Origin: Eubacteriales bacterium
GTDB lineage: Bacteria; Bacillota; Clostridia; Oscillospirales; CAG-272
DNA: 64,000 nt
Direction of reading: 5' to 3'
NCBI GenBank assembly: GCA_045532805.1
Contig: JAZSGQ010000037.1
Coordinates: 5,904-69,903, forward strand
In this document: piece by piece, positions 1 through 10,455 of the stretch
How positions within the stretch are numbered: position 1 is the stretch's first letter
How the letters are laid out: every line of letters begins with the position of its first letter
The notes under the pieces: model-generated
What the model saw: the letters and a program-made list of their open reading frames with translations, nothing else
Told to the model about the DNA's origin: nothing
Database searches by the model: none
Made by a program: the position numbers and the translations under genes

Positions 1-3
1 TCC

Positions 4-936
4 ATGCACGAACAGTATCATATCACACTCGCACGTATCATGAACGAACTTCATCTGGGGACTGCCTATCTGCCAAGCGACGCCGAAAGCATTCTGATCT
101 CCAACGCCGAGGTCAACCGCCCCGGGCTTGCACTGGCGGGCTTTTTTGAGAACTTTGAGCGCACCCGTATCCAGATCATCGGTCGCGCGGAGTATAATTA
201 TCTGCGAGAGCAAAGCGAGAACAAGCGCAATACCAAGATCGCGGATTTCCTGCGCCACTCGCCTGCCGCACTCGTGCTTTCCACCGACCTTGAGCCCTTC
301 CCCTATCTTGTAGAGGCGGCCAAGGAATACGGTGTGCCGTTGCTCCTCACCAAGGAAAAGACCAGCGCCTTTATGGCGGCGCTGATCGCCTTCCTCAACG
401 TGCAACTCGCGCCCCGCATCACGCGCCACGGCGTACTGGTGGAGGTCTACGGCGAGGGTATGCTGTTGCTCGGCGATTCGGGCGTAGGTAAGAGTGAGAC
501 CGCCATTGAACTGGTCAAGCGCGGTCACCGTCTGATCGCAGACGATGCGGTGGAGATCAAGCGCGTGTCTGCTACCACCCTGGTGGGTGAGGCACCCGAG
601 ATCATCCGTCACTACGTGGAATTGCGCGGCATCGGCATCGTGGACGTGCGCCGTCTGTTCGGTATGGGTGCGGTCAAGAACTCGGAGCGCATTGACCTTG
701 TGATCAATCTGGAGCCCTGGGTGCAGGGTAAGATGTACGACCGTCTGGGTCTTGACAGCGAGACCGTGGATATTCTGGGGATCAAGGTGCCCAGCATCAC
801 GATTCCCGTCAAGCCCGGCCGTAACCTTGCCATCATTCTGGAGATCGCGGCGATGAACAACCGCCAGAAAAAGATGGGCTACAACACCGCGGAGGAATTC
901 AACCGCAAGCTGATGGGACAAATGGGCTTGGAATAA
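4..936 (+). CDS. hprK: HPr kinase/phosphorylase
   Basis: 310-aa ORF with P-loop GDSGVGKSE, IADDAVEI and ELRGIGIVDVRRLFG motifs characteristic of HPrK/P. Confidence 0.9.
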   Translation: MHEQYHITLARIMNELHLGTAYLPSDAESILISNAEVNRPGLALAGFFENFERTRIQIIGRAEYNYLREQSENKRNTKIADFLRHSPAALVLSTDLEPFPYLVEAAKEYGVPLLLTKEKTSAFMAALIAFLNVQLAPRITRHGVLVEVYGEGMLLLGDSGVGKSETAIELVKRGHRLIADDAVEIKRVSATTLVGEAPEIIRHYVELRGIGIVDVRRLFGMGAVKNSERIDLVINLEPWVQGKMYDRLGLDSETVDILGIKVPSITIPVKPGRNLAIILEIAAMNNRQKKMGYNTAEEFNRKLMGQMGLE

Positions 937-945
937 GGAGAACAG

Positions 946-2229
946 ATGCAAGAAAAGCAGTTGATACAACACGTTCGCGAAGGCGCGCTGGACGCGCGCC
1001 TTGCGCGACTTTACGGCAAGGACGCGGTAGCGGCACAGCGCGCGCGCTATCTTGACGCCATCGAACAGTTTGCAAATCACTATGGTACAGATCGTGATCT
1101 GCACCTGTTTTCCGTGCCCGGGCGCAGTGAACTTGGCGGCAACCACACCGACCACAATCGCGGTGCCGTGATCGCCGCGTCGGTGTGTCTGGACATCATT
1201 GCGGTGGTCGCTGCGCGGGAGGATCGCGTGATCCGCGTCACTTCCAAGGGGTTCCCCGAGGACGTGGTGGATATCGACGCCTTCGCTGCCCCCCGCACCG
1301 AGCGCTTTGCGCACTCGGACGCTCTTGTGGCGGGTATGTGCGTGGGATTTTTGAACAAGGAATTCGCCGTGGGCGGCTTTGACGCATACACGACCTCCAA
1401 CGTGCCGGGTGGCTCGGGGCTTTCCTCCTCTGCCGCCTTTGAGGTGATGATCGGCAACATCGAAAATCACCTATACAACGGGGGACGGGTGGAAAATGCG
1501 GAGATCGCGAAACTGGCACAGTATGCGGAAAACGTATTTTTCGGCAAGCCCTGCGGCCTCATGGATCAGGTCGCGTGTGCCGTGGGCGGCGTCGTGGCGA
1601 TCGATTTCGAAAAGCAGAACGCGCCCGTGATTGAGCAACAGGATTTTGACCTAACCGCACACGGCTATTCGCTTTGCATTGTGAACACGGGTGGCAATCA
1701 CGCGGACCTCACATCCGATTACGCCGCCGTGCCCGCCGAGATGAAGGCAGTGGCAAAGGCCCTTGGCGGTGAGGTGTTGCGCGAGGTGAGCCGCGACACA
1801 CTGCTGGCGGCCCTCCCCGCACTGCGGGAATCGGTGGGCGACCGCGCCATTTTGCGTGCCATGCACTTCTTTGCGGAAAATGACCGCGTAACGGCGCAGA
1901 AAAGCGCTCTGCAACGGGGCGATCTTGACACGTTCCTTGAGGTGGTCAAGGCCTCGGGACGCTCCTCGTTCTGTTATCTGCAAAACGTCTATACAAATGC
2001 CAACGTACACGAACAGGGACTCTCTCTTGCGCTCTGCCTTGCCGAAGGGTATCTTCAAGACAAGGGCGGCGCGTGGCGCGTACACGGCGGTGGCTTTGCG
2101 GGCACCGTTCAGGCGTTTGTGCCGCACGCGGCCGTGGCGGGACTTTGCGATCTCCTTGACGGTGTGTTCGGCAAGGGGGCTTGTATGCCGCTTCTCATTC
2201 GCCCCGAGGGTGCCGTTTGCCTGATATAA
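946..2229 (+). CDS. galK: galactokinase-family GHMP kinase
   Basis: GRSELGGNHTDHN galactokinase signature, PGGSGLSSSAA GHMP ATP loop, CGLMDQ motif. Confidence 0.75.
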   Translation: MQEKQLIQHVREGALDARLARLYGKDAVAAQRARYLDAIEQFANHYGTDRDLHLFSVPGRSELGGNHTDHNRGAVIAASVCLDIIAVVAAREDRVIRVTSKGFPEDVVDIDAFAAPRTERFAHSDALVAGMCVGFLNKEFAVGGFDAYTTSNVPGGSGLSSSAAFEVMIGNIENHLYNGGRVENAEIAKLAQYAENVFFGKPCGLMDQVACAVGGVVAIDFEKQNAPVIEQQDFDLTAHGYSLCIVNTGGNHADLTSDYAAVPAEMKAVAKALGGEVLREVSRDTLLAALPALRESVGDRAILRAMHFFAENDRVTAQKSALQRGDLDTFLEVVKASGRSSFCYLQNVYTNANVHEQGLSLALCLAEGYLQDKGGAWRVHGGGFAGTVQAFVPHAAVAGLCDLLDGVFGKGACMPLLIRPEGAVCLI

Positions 2230-2272
2230 CATCACCCGTCAGGGCACATATTGAAAAAAAGAGAGGAATACC

Positions 2273-2683
2273 ATGAGACAACGTTCCCCTAAAAACGATC
2301 CGCAAACAAGCAAGAAGGGTATGCGCTATCTTGTGCTGCTTGTTGTAAACTCGGTGCTCTGCTTTGCACTCTACCAGTCGCTTTTGCTGTTTGCCGAACG
2401 AACGGGAGAGACCTTTTACTCCTTTTTGGTGATGCTCCTTTACACCGTGCTGCTCTTTGGGTTTGTACTGGCGTATCTCATTTATAACCGCTTTCTGTAC
2501 CGCAAGGGGCTCACGCCCGAGCAACTGGATCCCGCGTGGAGCGAGGAGCAAAAGCGTGCCTTCCTTGAGGACGGTGAGCAGCGCCTGGAAAGATCACGCT
2601 GGATGATGACGGTCATCTTCCCGCTTGTGCTGACGTTTTTGCTGGACGCGCTGGATCTGTTCGTCCTGCAATATTTGCGCTGA
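2273..2683 (+). CDS. small integral membrane protein, unknown function
   Basis: 136-aa ORF with 3-4 hydrophobic helices; GAGAGGA RBS-like sequence upstream. Confidence 0.5.
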   Translation: MRQRSPKNDPQTSKKGMRYLVLLVVNSVLCFALYQSLLLFAERTGETFYSFLVMLLYTVLLFGFVLAYLIYNRFLYRKGLTPEQLDPAWSEEQKRAFLEDGEQRLERSRWMMTVIFPLVLTFLLDALDLFVLQYLR

Positions 2684-2703
2684 GAGAACCGAGAGGTGAG
2701 AGT

Positions 2704-3183
2704 ATGCTACACATCAAGTTGATCACCGTCGGTACGCTGAAGGAATCCTACCTGCGTGAAGCCGTAGCGGAGTATGCAAAACGCCTTGGCGCGTATGCCA
2801 AGGTGGAGATCACGGAATTAAAGGAAAGCCGCGTGGCAGACAACCCAGGGGCCGCCGAGATCGCCGCCGCCCTTGAAAAGGAGGCCGATGCGATCCTTGC
2901 CGCCATACCGCCGCGCGCCTTTGTGGTGGCGCTTTGCGTGGAGGGACGGCAACGCTCCTCGGAGCAACTGGCAACGCTCCTTGAGAACGCCATGTCGCAA
3001 AGTTCGGATCTGTGCCTCGTCATCGGCAGTTCGCACGGCCTTGCCCCGCGCGTGAAGCAAGCGGCAAACGAACGCTTATCGGTGTCGGCACTGACCTTTC
3101 CGCACCAACTCATGCGCGTGCTGCTGTTGGAGACCGTGTACCGCAGTCTGTCGATCCTGCACGGCTCGAAGTATCATAAATAA
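2704..3183 (+). CDS. rlmH: 23S rRNA (pseudouridine1915-N3)-methyltransferase RlmH
   Basis: 159-aa SPOUT-type protein; N-terminus (I)KLITVG..YL..A..EY and C-terminal GSSHGL...LSxSxLTFPHQLMRV typical of RlmH. Confidence 0.85.
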   Translation: MLHIKLITVGTLKESYLREAVAEYAKRLGAYAKVEITELKESRVADNPGAAEIAAALEKEADAILAAIPPRAFVVALCVEGRQRSSEQLATLLENAMSQSSDLCLVIGSSHGLAPRVKQAANERLSVSALTFPHQLMRVLLLETVYRSLSILHGSKYHK

Positions 3184-3185
3184 GT

Positions 3186-3218
3186 AAAAAGGACTTTCCC
3201 GCGGGAAAGTCCTTTTTT
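3186..3218. terminator. bidirectional rho-independent terminator between rlmH and recX
   Basis: AAAAAGGACTTTCCCGCGGGAAAGTCCTTTTTT perfect hairpin flanked by A- and T-runs. Confidence 0.7.
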
Positions 3219-3873
3219 ATTCATCTTCCAATTCGGCTCGCAGTGCCGCGCGGATCTCGGATACCGTATAGCCGTAGCGCATAAGAGAGGCGATCAGCTT
3301 GTCCGCATTCTCCTCGTTTTCTCGCACCGTTCGGCGCTTTTTTTGCAAAAGACGCCGACAGCGCGCCACGCTGTCCTCGCCCGACAGCCGCTCACGGGCG
3401 GCATTCATGGCGTCCTCACCGTAGCCTTTGGTGCGAAGTTCGGCAAGAATCCGCCGATTGCCGCGAAGTTTTGACAGTGCCCGCTCGACCTCGCGCACGG
3501 CGGCGGCCTCCTCGTCTAGGTACCCACGCTGTGCGAGTTCCCTTGTGGCCTCCTTTGCGGTCTGCGGCGCTACGCCTCGTGCGCGGAGTTTGCGCGCGAG
3601 GTGCTCCTCGGAGCCGCCGCCCGCGCCCAACGAGCGAAGTCCCATGGCAAGCGCCTCACACAGTGCCGCTTCACGCCGCAACTGCGAAAGTTCCTCCTTT
3701 TCTATCTCGCCGATCTGCGGCGCGCGCGATAAACGCGAGGCAAACACGGTAAGCGTTTCGTGCCACGCACCCTCGGCGTCCGAAAGTTCCAGCGTGATAC
3801 AAAGGCGCGCGCCGCCGTCGGCGGCGCGCACACGAAGCACCCTTGCGCGGTCTGCTTCTCTATCAACCTTCAT
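3217..3873 (-). CDS. recX: recombination regulator RecX
   Basis: Repeated helical RecX-type units (RKLRARGV.., LAQRGYLDE.., LRTKGYGED..), immediately downstream of recA; start placed at ATG 3873 (the longer ORF begins with TTG at 3900). Confidence 0.75.
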   Translation of the reverse strand: MKVDREADRARVLRVRAADGGARLCITLELSDAEGAWHETLTVFASRLSRAPQIGEIEKEELSQLRREAALCEALAMGLRSLGAGGGSEEHLARKLRARGVAPQTAKEATRELAQRGYLDEEAAAVREVERALSKLRGNRRILAELRTKGYGEDAMNAARERLSGEDSVARCRRLLQKKRRTVRENEENADKLIASLMRYGYTVSEIRAALRAELEDE

Positions 3874-4984
3874 CGTCCATGCCGAGGGCACGCAGATCAA
3901 ATTCTTCGTCCTCGTCCTCTACGTCAAAGGTCTCCTCGGGCGCACCCAGTTCACCGAAGCGCGCACGGATCTTCTCGTCGATCTCGGCAAACAGTGCCGC
4001 ATTGCTCTCCAAGATCTTGCGAATGTTATCCTTACCCTGTCCCAAGCGCTCGCCGTTGTAGGAGAACCAGGAGCCGCTCTTCTGGATCACGTCCAGTGCA
4101 AGGCCGATGTCCACGAGTTCACCCGCACGGGAGATGCCCTTGCCGTACAGAATATCAAACTCGGCCACCTTGAAGGGGGGCGCAACCTTGTTCTTGACGA
4201 TCTTGCACTTGACGTGGTTGCCGTAAATATCGTTGCCGTTTTTGAGTTGCCCGGTCTTGCGCACGACGATACGCACCGAAGCGTAGAACTTAAGTGCGCG
4301 ACCGCCCGTGGTGGTCTCGGGGTTGCCGTACATCACGCCGACCTTTTCGCGCAACTGGTTGATGAAGATCACCACCGCGTTGCTCTTGGAGATCACTGCC
4401 GAGAGTTTACGCATGGCCTGCGACATAAGACGCGCCTGCACGCCGACCTGGCTCTGACCCATATCACCCTCGATCTCCTGACGGGGCACGAGCGCCGCCA
4501 CCGAGTCGATCACGACCACGTCGACCGCACCCGAGCGCACCAGCGCCTCGGTGATATCCAGTGCGTCCTCACCGCAGTCGGGCTGGGACACGAGCAGGTT
4601 GTTGATATCCACGCCAAGTGCCTTGGCGTAGACGGGATCGAGCGCGTGCTCCGCGTCGATAAACGCGGCCTGGCCGCCCGTTTTCTGCACCTCGGCCACG
4701 ATATGCAGTGCCACCGTGGTCTTACCCGAGGACTCGGGGCCAAAAATTTCAATGATACGGCCGCGCGGTACACCGCCGATGCCGAGTGCCATATCCAACG
4801 CGAGCGAGCCCGTATGAACCGCCTGCACTTCCATGTGTGCGTTCTCGCCCAGTTTCATCACCGTGCCCGCACCGAAATCGCGCTCGAGTTGCTTGAGTGC
4901 GGTCTCCAATGCCTTTTTGCGGTCGGCGGCGTCGGCACCCACCATAGAGACGGCGGGCTTTTTGCTTGTCGTTGTCTTTGCCAT
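3863..4984 (-). CDS. recA: recombinase RecA
   Basis: GPESSGKTT Walker [18 protein letters not shown] and full RecA colinearity; start moved to ATG 4984 preceded by GGAGGA RBS. Confidence 0.95.
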   Translation of the reverse strand: MAKTTTSKKPAVSMVGADAADRKKALETALKQLERDFGAGTVMKLGENAHMEVQAVHTGSLALDMALGIGGVPRGRIIEIFGPESSGKTTVALHIVAEVQKTGGQAAFIDAEHALDPVYAKALGVDINNLLVSQPDCGEDALDITEALVRSGAVDVVVIDSVAALVPRQEIEGDMGQSQVGVQARLMSQAMRKLSAVISKSNAVVIFINQLREKVGVMYGNPETTTGGRALKFYASVRIVVRKTGQLKNGNDIYGNHVKCKIVKNKVAPPFKVAEFDILYGKGISRAGELVDIGLALDVIQKSGSWFSYNGERLGQGKDNIRKILESNAALFAEIDEKIRARFGELGAPEETFDVEDEDEEFDLRALGMDDEG

Positions 4985-5018
4985 ATCAGAAATCCTCCGT
5001 TGACTGTGTTGTGACATC

Positions 5019-5047
5019 ATTATACACCCACGCAACCGCTTTGTCAA
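5019..5047 (-). promoter_or_regulatory. sigma-A type promoter of recA
   Basis: On the minus strand TTGACA - 17 nt - TATAAT, about 35 nt upstream of the recA start. Confidence 0.55.
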
Positions 5048-5172
5048 GTCCTTTTTTTCAAAAACGGAAAAATATTTTTACTTGGCGCCATTCTCTTTTC
5101 CATTTTATACTTTTTAAATTCCGCTTATCGAATAAAATAACACCCGCGCCGATTAGCGCGGGTGTTATTTTG

Positions 5173-5691
5173 TTATTTATCCCAGAGCACGATCTCGCCG
5201 CACTCTCGCGTGGCGTTCAAATCGATCAGGCGCTGGTTTTCCGAGCTGCGAAAGCGCAGTCGGATATTCTTTTTTGCGAGCACGAAGCGTCCGTCCACCA
5301 GTACGTCCAGCATCGAGAGCATCTCGTCGGTCACCTCGCAACGCGCGCGGCTCGTGCCCGTGAGTTCCTCCAGCGTAAACCCACTGTAACACCAGACCGT
5401 CTTTTGGGGGAAGACCTCGCGCACGCGGCGCAAAAACGGAACGAGTGCGCGCTGATTCGAGGGCTCAAACGGCTCGCCGCCAAGAAGAGAGAGACCCTTG
5501 ATATAGTCGGGCGCCATCGCTGCCAGCAGTTCCTCCTCCACCTCGGGCGTGAAGGGTTCGCCATAAGCGAAATCCCACGTGTCAGCGTTGAAGCAGCCGG
5601 GGCAGTGATGGGTGCAACCCGAAACGAACAACGAGACGCGCACCCCGGGGCCATTGGCAATATCGCGTTTTTTGATGGTTGCGTAATTCAT
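5173..5691 (-). CDS. nrdG: anaerobic ribonucleoside-triphosphate reductase activating protein
   Basis: Radical-SAM N-terminus GPGVRVSLFVSGCTHHCPGCFN; adjacent to nrdD. Confidence 0.9.
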   Translation of the reverse strand: MNYATIKKRDIANGPGVRVSLFVSGCTHHCPGCFNADTWDFAYGEPFTPEVEEELLAAMAPDYIKGLSLLGGEPFEPSNQRALVPFLRRVREVFPQKTVWCYSGFTLEELTGTSRARCEVTDEMLSMLDVLVDGRFVLAKKNIRLRFRSSENQRLIDLNATRECGEIVLWDK

Positions 5692-5692
5692 A

Positions 5693-7876
5693 TTACAGAT
5701 GCAGTACGCGCTCCTGGATCTCCTGCGTGCGTCCCTGGTTCCAGTACTGCGAGCCGATGTAGCCGCAGGTACGGCGCGCCACGTTCATCTTGTTCTGATC
5801 GCGGTTGTGGCAGTTGGGGCACTCCCAAACGAGTTTGCCGTCGTCCTTGACGATCTGGATCTCGCCGTCAAAGCCGCAGATCTGGCAGTAGTCACTCTTG
5901 GTATTGAGTTCGGCGTACATGATGTTGTCGTAGATGAACTTCATCACTTCCAGCACGGCATCCAGGTTGTCCTGCATATTGGGCACCTCGACGTAGCTGA
6001 TCGCGCCACCGGGAGAGAGCTCCTGGAACTTGGCCTCGAACGCGAGTTTGTCAAAGGCGTCGATCTCCTCGGTCACGTGCACGTGATAAGAATTGGTAAT
6101 GTAACTCTTGTCGGTCACGCCCGGGATCTTGCCAAAGCGCTTTTGCAGGCACTTGGCGAACTTGTAGGTGGTGGATTCCAGAGGAGTGCCGTAAAGCGAA
6201 TAGTGGATATTCTCGGCGTCGCGCCAGCGCTTGCACGCGGCGTTGAGACGCTTCATGATCTCAAGACCGAAGGCCTCGCCCTCGGGATCGGTCAGTTTCT
6301 TGCCAAGCACGGCGTATACACACTCCCAAAGGCCTGCGTAGCCAAGCGAAATGGTGGAGTAACCGCCGTGAAGCAGTTTGGTGATGGGCTCGCCCTTTTC
6401 CAGTCTTGCAAGCGCGCCGTACTGCCACAGAATGGGGGCGGCGTCCGAGAGCGTACCCTCAAGGCGCTCGTGACGGCACTGCAGTGCGCGGTGGCAGAGT
6501 TCCAAACGCTCGTCCAGAATCTTCCAGAAGCGCGTCTGCACGTCCACTGCGGTGAGCGAACTGCACGCAACGTCCACGAGGTTGATCGTGACCACGCCCT
6601 GATTGAAGCGGCCGTAGTACTTCGGCTTGCCGTTCTCGTCCACCCAAGGAGTCAGGAAACTGCGGCAACCCATGCAGGTATAGCACTGTCCGTCGCCGTT
6701 GTCGTCCACCTTGAGTTTCTTCATCACCTTTTCGGAGATGTAGTCGGGCACCATGCGGCGTGCGGTGCACTTTGCCGCCAGTTGGGTGAGCGACCAGTAG
6801 GGAGAATCCTCGTGAATGTTCTCCTCCTCCAGCACGTAAATGAGTTTGGGGAATGCGGGCGTAACGTAAACGCCTGCCTCGTTCTTCACGCCCTCATAGC
6901 GCTGTTCCAGCACCTCACGGATAATGAGTGCAAGGTCGCGCTTGAGATTCTCGTCCTTGGCCTCGCCAAGATACATATATACGGTAACAAAGGGAGCCTG
7001 ACCGTTGGTGGTCAGCAGGGTCACGACCTGGTACTGAATGGTCTGTACGCCGCGGCGGATCTCGTCAAGCAAGCGGTTCTCCACGATCTCGGAGATCTTC
7101 TCCTCACCGGGGTCCACACCGATCATTTCCATCTCGGCGCGCACCTGACGGGTGATCTTCTCACGGGACACCTGCACGAAGGGTGCCAGGTGCGTGAGCG
7201 AAATGCTCTGGCCGCCGTACTGGTTGGAGGCGACCTGTGCGATGATCTGCGTGGCGATGTTGCAAGCGGTGGAGAAACTGTGGGGCTTTTCGATCAGCGT
7301 GCCGCTGATCACGGTGCCGTTTTGCAGCATATCCTCCAGGTTCACAAGGTCACAGTTGTGCATGTGCTGTGCGTAATAGTCGGCATCGTGAAAGTGAATG
7401 ATGCCCTCCTCGTGCGCCTTCACGATCTCCTCGGGGAGCAGAATGCGGCGCGTGAGGTCCTTGGAGACCTCGCCTGCCATGTAGTCACGCTGTACGCTGT
7501 TGACCGTAGGATTCTTGTTGGCGTTCTCCTGCTTGGCCTCCTCGTTGTTGCACTCGATGAGGGACAAAATGTTCTCGTCGGTGGTGTTGGCGCGGCGGGC
7601 CAGATTGCGCGTGAAGCGATAGCGAATGTAGCGCTTGGCGGTCTCGGGTGCGTTCTGCTGAATGATCAGCGTCTCCACCAGTTCCTGGATCTCCTCCACG
7701 GACAGTGCGCGGTCAATATCGCTGCAGTAGTCCTCGATCACAAAGGAAATATAGTCGATCTGGCGCTGTGTCAGTTCGGGCGTTCCCTCTCCGCTGTCAT
7801 TGGCCTTCTGAATGGCTCGTACGATCTTACTGCGGTCAAAGACGTCCTCGGATCCGTTTCTCTTGATAATCTTCAT
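5693..7876 (-). CDS. nrdD: anaerobic ribonucleoside-triphosphate reductase (class III)
   Basis: N-terminal ATP-cone (MKIIKRNGSEDVFDRSKI), C-terminal Zn/Cys cluster and glycyl-radical motif RRTCGYIG; start trimmed from 8185 to ATG 7876 where homology begins (GGGGGAAAC RBS). Confidence 0.9.
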   Translation of the reverse strand: MKIIKRNGSEDVFDRSKIVRAIQKANDSGEGTPELTQRQIDYISFVIEDYCSDIDRALSVEEIQELVETLIIQQNAPETAKRYIRYRFTRNLARRANTTDENILSLIECNNEEAKQENANKNPTVNSVQRDYMAGEVSKDLTRRILLPEEIVKAHEEGIIHFHDADYYAQHMHNCDLVNLEDMLQNGTVISGTLIEKPHSFSTACNIATQIIAQVASNQYGGQSISLTHLAPFVQVSREKITRQVRAEMEMIGVDPGEEKISEIVENRLLDEIRRGVQTIQYQVVTLLTTNGQAPFVTVYMYLGEAKDENLKRDLALIIREVLEQRYEGVKNEAGVYVTPAFPKLIYVLEEENIHEDSPYWSLTQLAAKCTARRMVPDYISEKVMKKLKVDDNGDGQCYTCMGCRSFLTPWVDENGKPKYYGRFNQGVVTINLVDVACSSLTAVDVQTRFWKILDERLELCHRALQCRHERLEGTLSDAAPILWQYGALARLEKGEPITKLLHGGYSTISLGYAGLWECVYAVLGKKLTDPEGEAFGLEIMKRLNAACKRWRDAENIHYSLYGTPLESTTYKFAKCLQKRFGKIPGVTDKSYITNSYHVHVTEEIDAFDKLAFEAKFQELSPGGAISYVEVPNMQDNLDAVLEVMKFIYDNIMYAELNTKSDYCQICGFDGEIQIVKDDGKLVWECPNCHNRDQNKMNVARRTCGYIGSQYWNQGRTQEIQERVLHL

Positions 7877-8018
7877 ACTGTTTCCCCCGTTAAATTTGCA
7901 TGCGAGCGAGTGCCAAAGGTGCCGAAACGCAAGGATCTGAGCGCTCCCTGCGGCGTTCTCTCGCTGAAAGAAGGGTGCCCGAGAGCACCCTTGCGAAATA
8001 TGTTCCATGTCGCCGTCA

Positions 8019-8067
8019 CACACCATATCTTGTGCCGGCAAGAAATAGTATATCATAGATATTGTGG
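8019..8067 (-). promoter_or_regulatory. tandem NrdR-box-like operators upstream of nrdD
   Basis: Minus-strand CCACAATATCTATGAT (8052-8067) and CACAAGATATGGTGTG (8019-8034), both resembling the 16-bp NrdR palindrome acaCwAtATaTwGtgt, centres about 33 bp apart. Confidence 0.6.
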
Positions 8068-8278
8068 TTTGTAAAGTCGTTTGCGAATAAAATAATGCAC
8101 AAAAAACCTGTTCACAATTTGTCGCTTTTTGCGTTTTTGCTCGTTTGTGTCTCACAGGCGTTTTTCTGTGACTGCTCGCGGTCACCTTCGCTCACTTTTT
8201 TGCCCTTGGCACTTTACAAAAAGCGCTTTTTGGGATATACTTAAAAGCAGAACGCAAGTCTTTTCAAGGAGAACACAT

Positions 8279-8833
8279 ATGAACCTGGAAGAAAAAATGC
8301 TGGATTCGGAGTTGATCTTCGACGGACGCGTGGTGCATCTGTACCGCGACACGGTAGAATTGCCCGACGGCGGCACCTCGGTGCGCGAGTACGTGAAGCA
8401 CGTGGGCGCGGTCTGCATTCTGCCCCTCACCGACAAGGGCGAGGTGGTGCTGGAGCGCCAGTACCGTTACCCCTTTTCCCGCGTGCTTGTGGAGATCCCC
8501 GCAGGCAAACTCGACAGCGCAGATGAGGACCCGAGTGCGGCTGCTTTGCGCGAGTTGCGGGAGGAGACGGGCATTGTGCCCAACGAACTCGTGGATCTTG
8601 GCGAATACTACGGTTCCCCCGCCATCATGGGCGAGCGCGTGCGTATGTACCTGGCGCGCGGTCTGCAATTCGGGGAAACAGAACTCGACGAGGACGAATT
8701 TTTAGAGGTCTATACCATGCCCTTGGCCGAGGCCGTGAGTGAAGTGCTTGCGGGCCATATTCCCGACGGCAAAACACAACTGGCGATCCTGAAGGTCTAT
8801 TACTTGTTGCAAAAGGAAGGAAAACTCGTATGA
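8279..8833 (+). CDS. NUDIX hydrolase (ADP-ribose pyrophosphatase type)
   Basis: Nudix box GKLDSADEDPSAAALRELREETG; N-terminus typical of NudF-like enzymes; start at ATG 8279. Confidence 0.8.
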   Translation: MNLEEKMLDSELIFDGRVVHLYRDTVELPDGGTSVREYVKHVGAVCILPLTDKGEVVLERQYRYPFSRVLVEIPAGKLDSADEDPSAAALRELREETGIVPNELVDLGEYYGSPAIMGERVRMYLARGLQFGETELDEDEFLEVYTMPLAEAVSEVLAGHIPDGKTQLAILKVYYLLQKEGKLV

Positions 8834-10455
8834 AACTGAATTACAAACGCGTCATATTCGTGGGCTTTGCCTTTTTCCTCATCTCTGCCTTCTGGCAGGC
8901 CTATGACAACATTATCCCCAAGATCCTCACGGACAAGTTCGGTCTGCCCCAGACCTGGTCGGGCGCGATCATGGCGCTGGATAACATCTTTGCGCTGTTC
9001 CTCCTGCCCATCTTCGGCGCACTCTCCGACAAGGTGAACAGCAAGTACGGCAAACGCACCCCCTTCATTGTGATCGGCGCGATCACGGCCGCCGTACTGC
9101 TCGTCACGCTTTCGATCCCCGACACCGCACAGCGCACGCAACTGGCCGACGTGACCGCCACCGAGGGGGAAGGTTACGTGCAGGCACTGGAGACCATTTG
9201 GGACGAGAATCCCGAGGTAAGCGACTGGCGCGCGGGCGAAGAGGAAGAGACCAATATGTTCAAAAAGCTGTTCAGTTCTATGGCCTCCGATAAAAAGCCC
9301 TTGCAGGAGCTGATCACGCGTGAGGACTTCTCCGCAATCGCCATCACCGTAGAGGACGAGAATGGCAAAACCGTCACCAATAAGGACTATCTGGACATCG
9401 TGGTGCCCGCGCGCCAGGCCTATGCCGCACGCGCCACGGCACAAAACGTAGCACCGTTGATCCTCTTCATGGTGCTGCTACTCTTCACGCTCGTTGCAAT
9501 GGGCACCTTCCGTTCCCCTGCCGTCGCGCTGATGCCCGACGTGACGGTCAAGCCCTTGCGCTCCAAGGCCAACGCCGTGATCAATCTGATGGGCACGGCG
9601 GGCGGTATTCTGGTGCTGTTGCTGGGCACCGTGTTCGGCACGGGCAAGGCGCAAAATGCACTGATGAGTTACACCACGTTCTTTGCTATCGTAGCGGGAA
9701 TCATGTTGGTGGGACTTGCCGTGTTCCTGTGGAAAGTTCGCGAGCCCGCCTGGGCCGCCGAGATGCAGGCCGAAAGTGAGCGTTTGGGGCTTGACAAGGT
9801 GGAAAGCACGGAAACGGTGCAGGAAATGCGCACGCTCTCGCGCGGCGAAAAACTCTCGCTTGCGCTGATCCTTGCCTCGGTTGTGTTCTGGTTTATGGGC
9901 TACAACGCCGTGACCAGTAAGTATTCCGTCTACGCCAGCACCGTGCTAAACGTAGACTACAACACCACGTTGCTGATCGCACAGGCCGCGGCCATCGCCG
10001 CATACCTGCCCGTGGGTCTGCTTTCCTCCAAACTTGGCAGAAAGAAGATGATCCTTTCGGGCGTGGTGATCCTCGGCGTTTCCTTCTTCTTCGCCTCCTT
10101 CCTCGGCTCGGATAGCCCTGAGGTCGTGAAAAAGGTGCTGATGCCCGTGCTCTTTGCTCTGGCGGGTATCGGTTGGGCAACGATCAACGTCAACTCCTAC
10201 CCCATGGTCGTGGAACTCTCCCGCGGCGGTAACACGGGCAAATATACGGGCTACTACTATACGGCCAGTATGGCGGCGCAGGTCGTCACGCCCATTCTCT
10301 CGGGCGTGTTCCTGGATCTCAGCTTCCGCACCCTCTTCCCCTACGCCACTGTGTTTGTGGCACTCGCCTTCGTCACGATGCTCTTTGTCCGCCACGGCGA
10401 CTCCAAGCCCGACGCGGTACAGGTGGCACTGGACGCCGCAGGAGGTGACGACTGA
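8830..10455 (+). CDS. MFS transporter (glycoside/cation-symporter-like)
   Basis: 541 aa, about 12 hydrophobic helices with a long hydrophilic loop; GALSDKxxSKYGKRTPF motif typical of sugar-type MFS. Confidence 0.7.
   Translation: MKLNYKRVIFVGFAFFLISAFWQAYDNIIPKILTDKFGLPQTWSGAIMALDNIFALFLLPIFGALSDKVNSKYGKRTPFIVIGAITAAVLLVTLSIPDTAQRTQLADVTATEGEGYVQALETIWDENPEVSDWRAGEEEETNMFKKLFSSMASDKKPLQELITREDFSAIAITVEDENGKTVTNKDYLDIVVPARQAYAARATAQNVAPLILFMVLLLFTLVAMGTFRSPAVALMPDVTVKPLRSKANAVINLMGTAGGILVLLLGTVFGTGKAQNALMSYTTFFAIVAGIMLVGLAVFLWKVREPAWAAEMQAESERLGLDKVESTETVQEMRTLSRGEKLSLALILASVVFWFMGYNAVTSKYSVYASTVLNVDYNTTLLIAQAAAIAAYLPVGLLSSKLGRKKMILSGVVILGVSFFFASFLGSDSPEVVKKVLMPVLFALAGIGWATINVNSYPMVVELSRGGNTGKYTGYYYTASMAAQVVTPILSGVFLDLSFRTLFPYATVFVALAFVTMLFVRHGDSKPDAVQVALDAAGGDD

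Noticed and set aside
3428-5014. Long antisense ORFs opposite conserved genes (e.g. 3428-5014, 5699-8074, 12215-13906, 14231-15229, 20401-23112, 30718-32382, 52356-54221, 56411-57892, 57711-59861)
   Set aside because: They lie opposite genes with unmistakable family motifs. Their products are Arg/Ala/His-rich low-complexity sequences typical of stop-poor antisense frames in GC-rich DNA, and they lack an RBS.
4985-5140. LexA/Cheo box (GAAC-N4-GTTC) upstream of recA
   Set aside because: No such motif was found by eye in the promoter region; only a consensus sigma-A promoter is evident.
7877-8185. 104-codon N-terminal extension of the nrdD ORF, and a possible cobalamin riboswitch in the same region
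   Set aside because: Homology begins at MKIIKRNG (ATP-cone), which has a good RBS, and the extension is junk-like. No B12-box-like sequence was recognised, and NrdR-type boxes explain the leader better.
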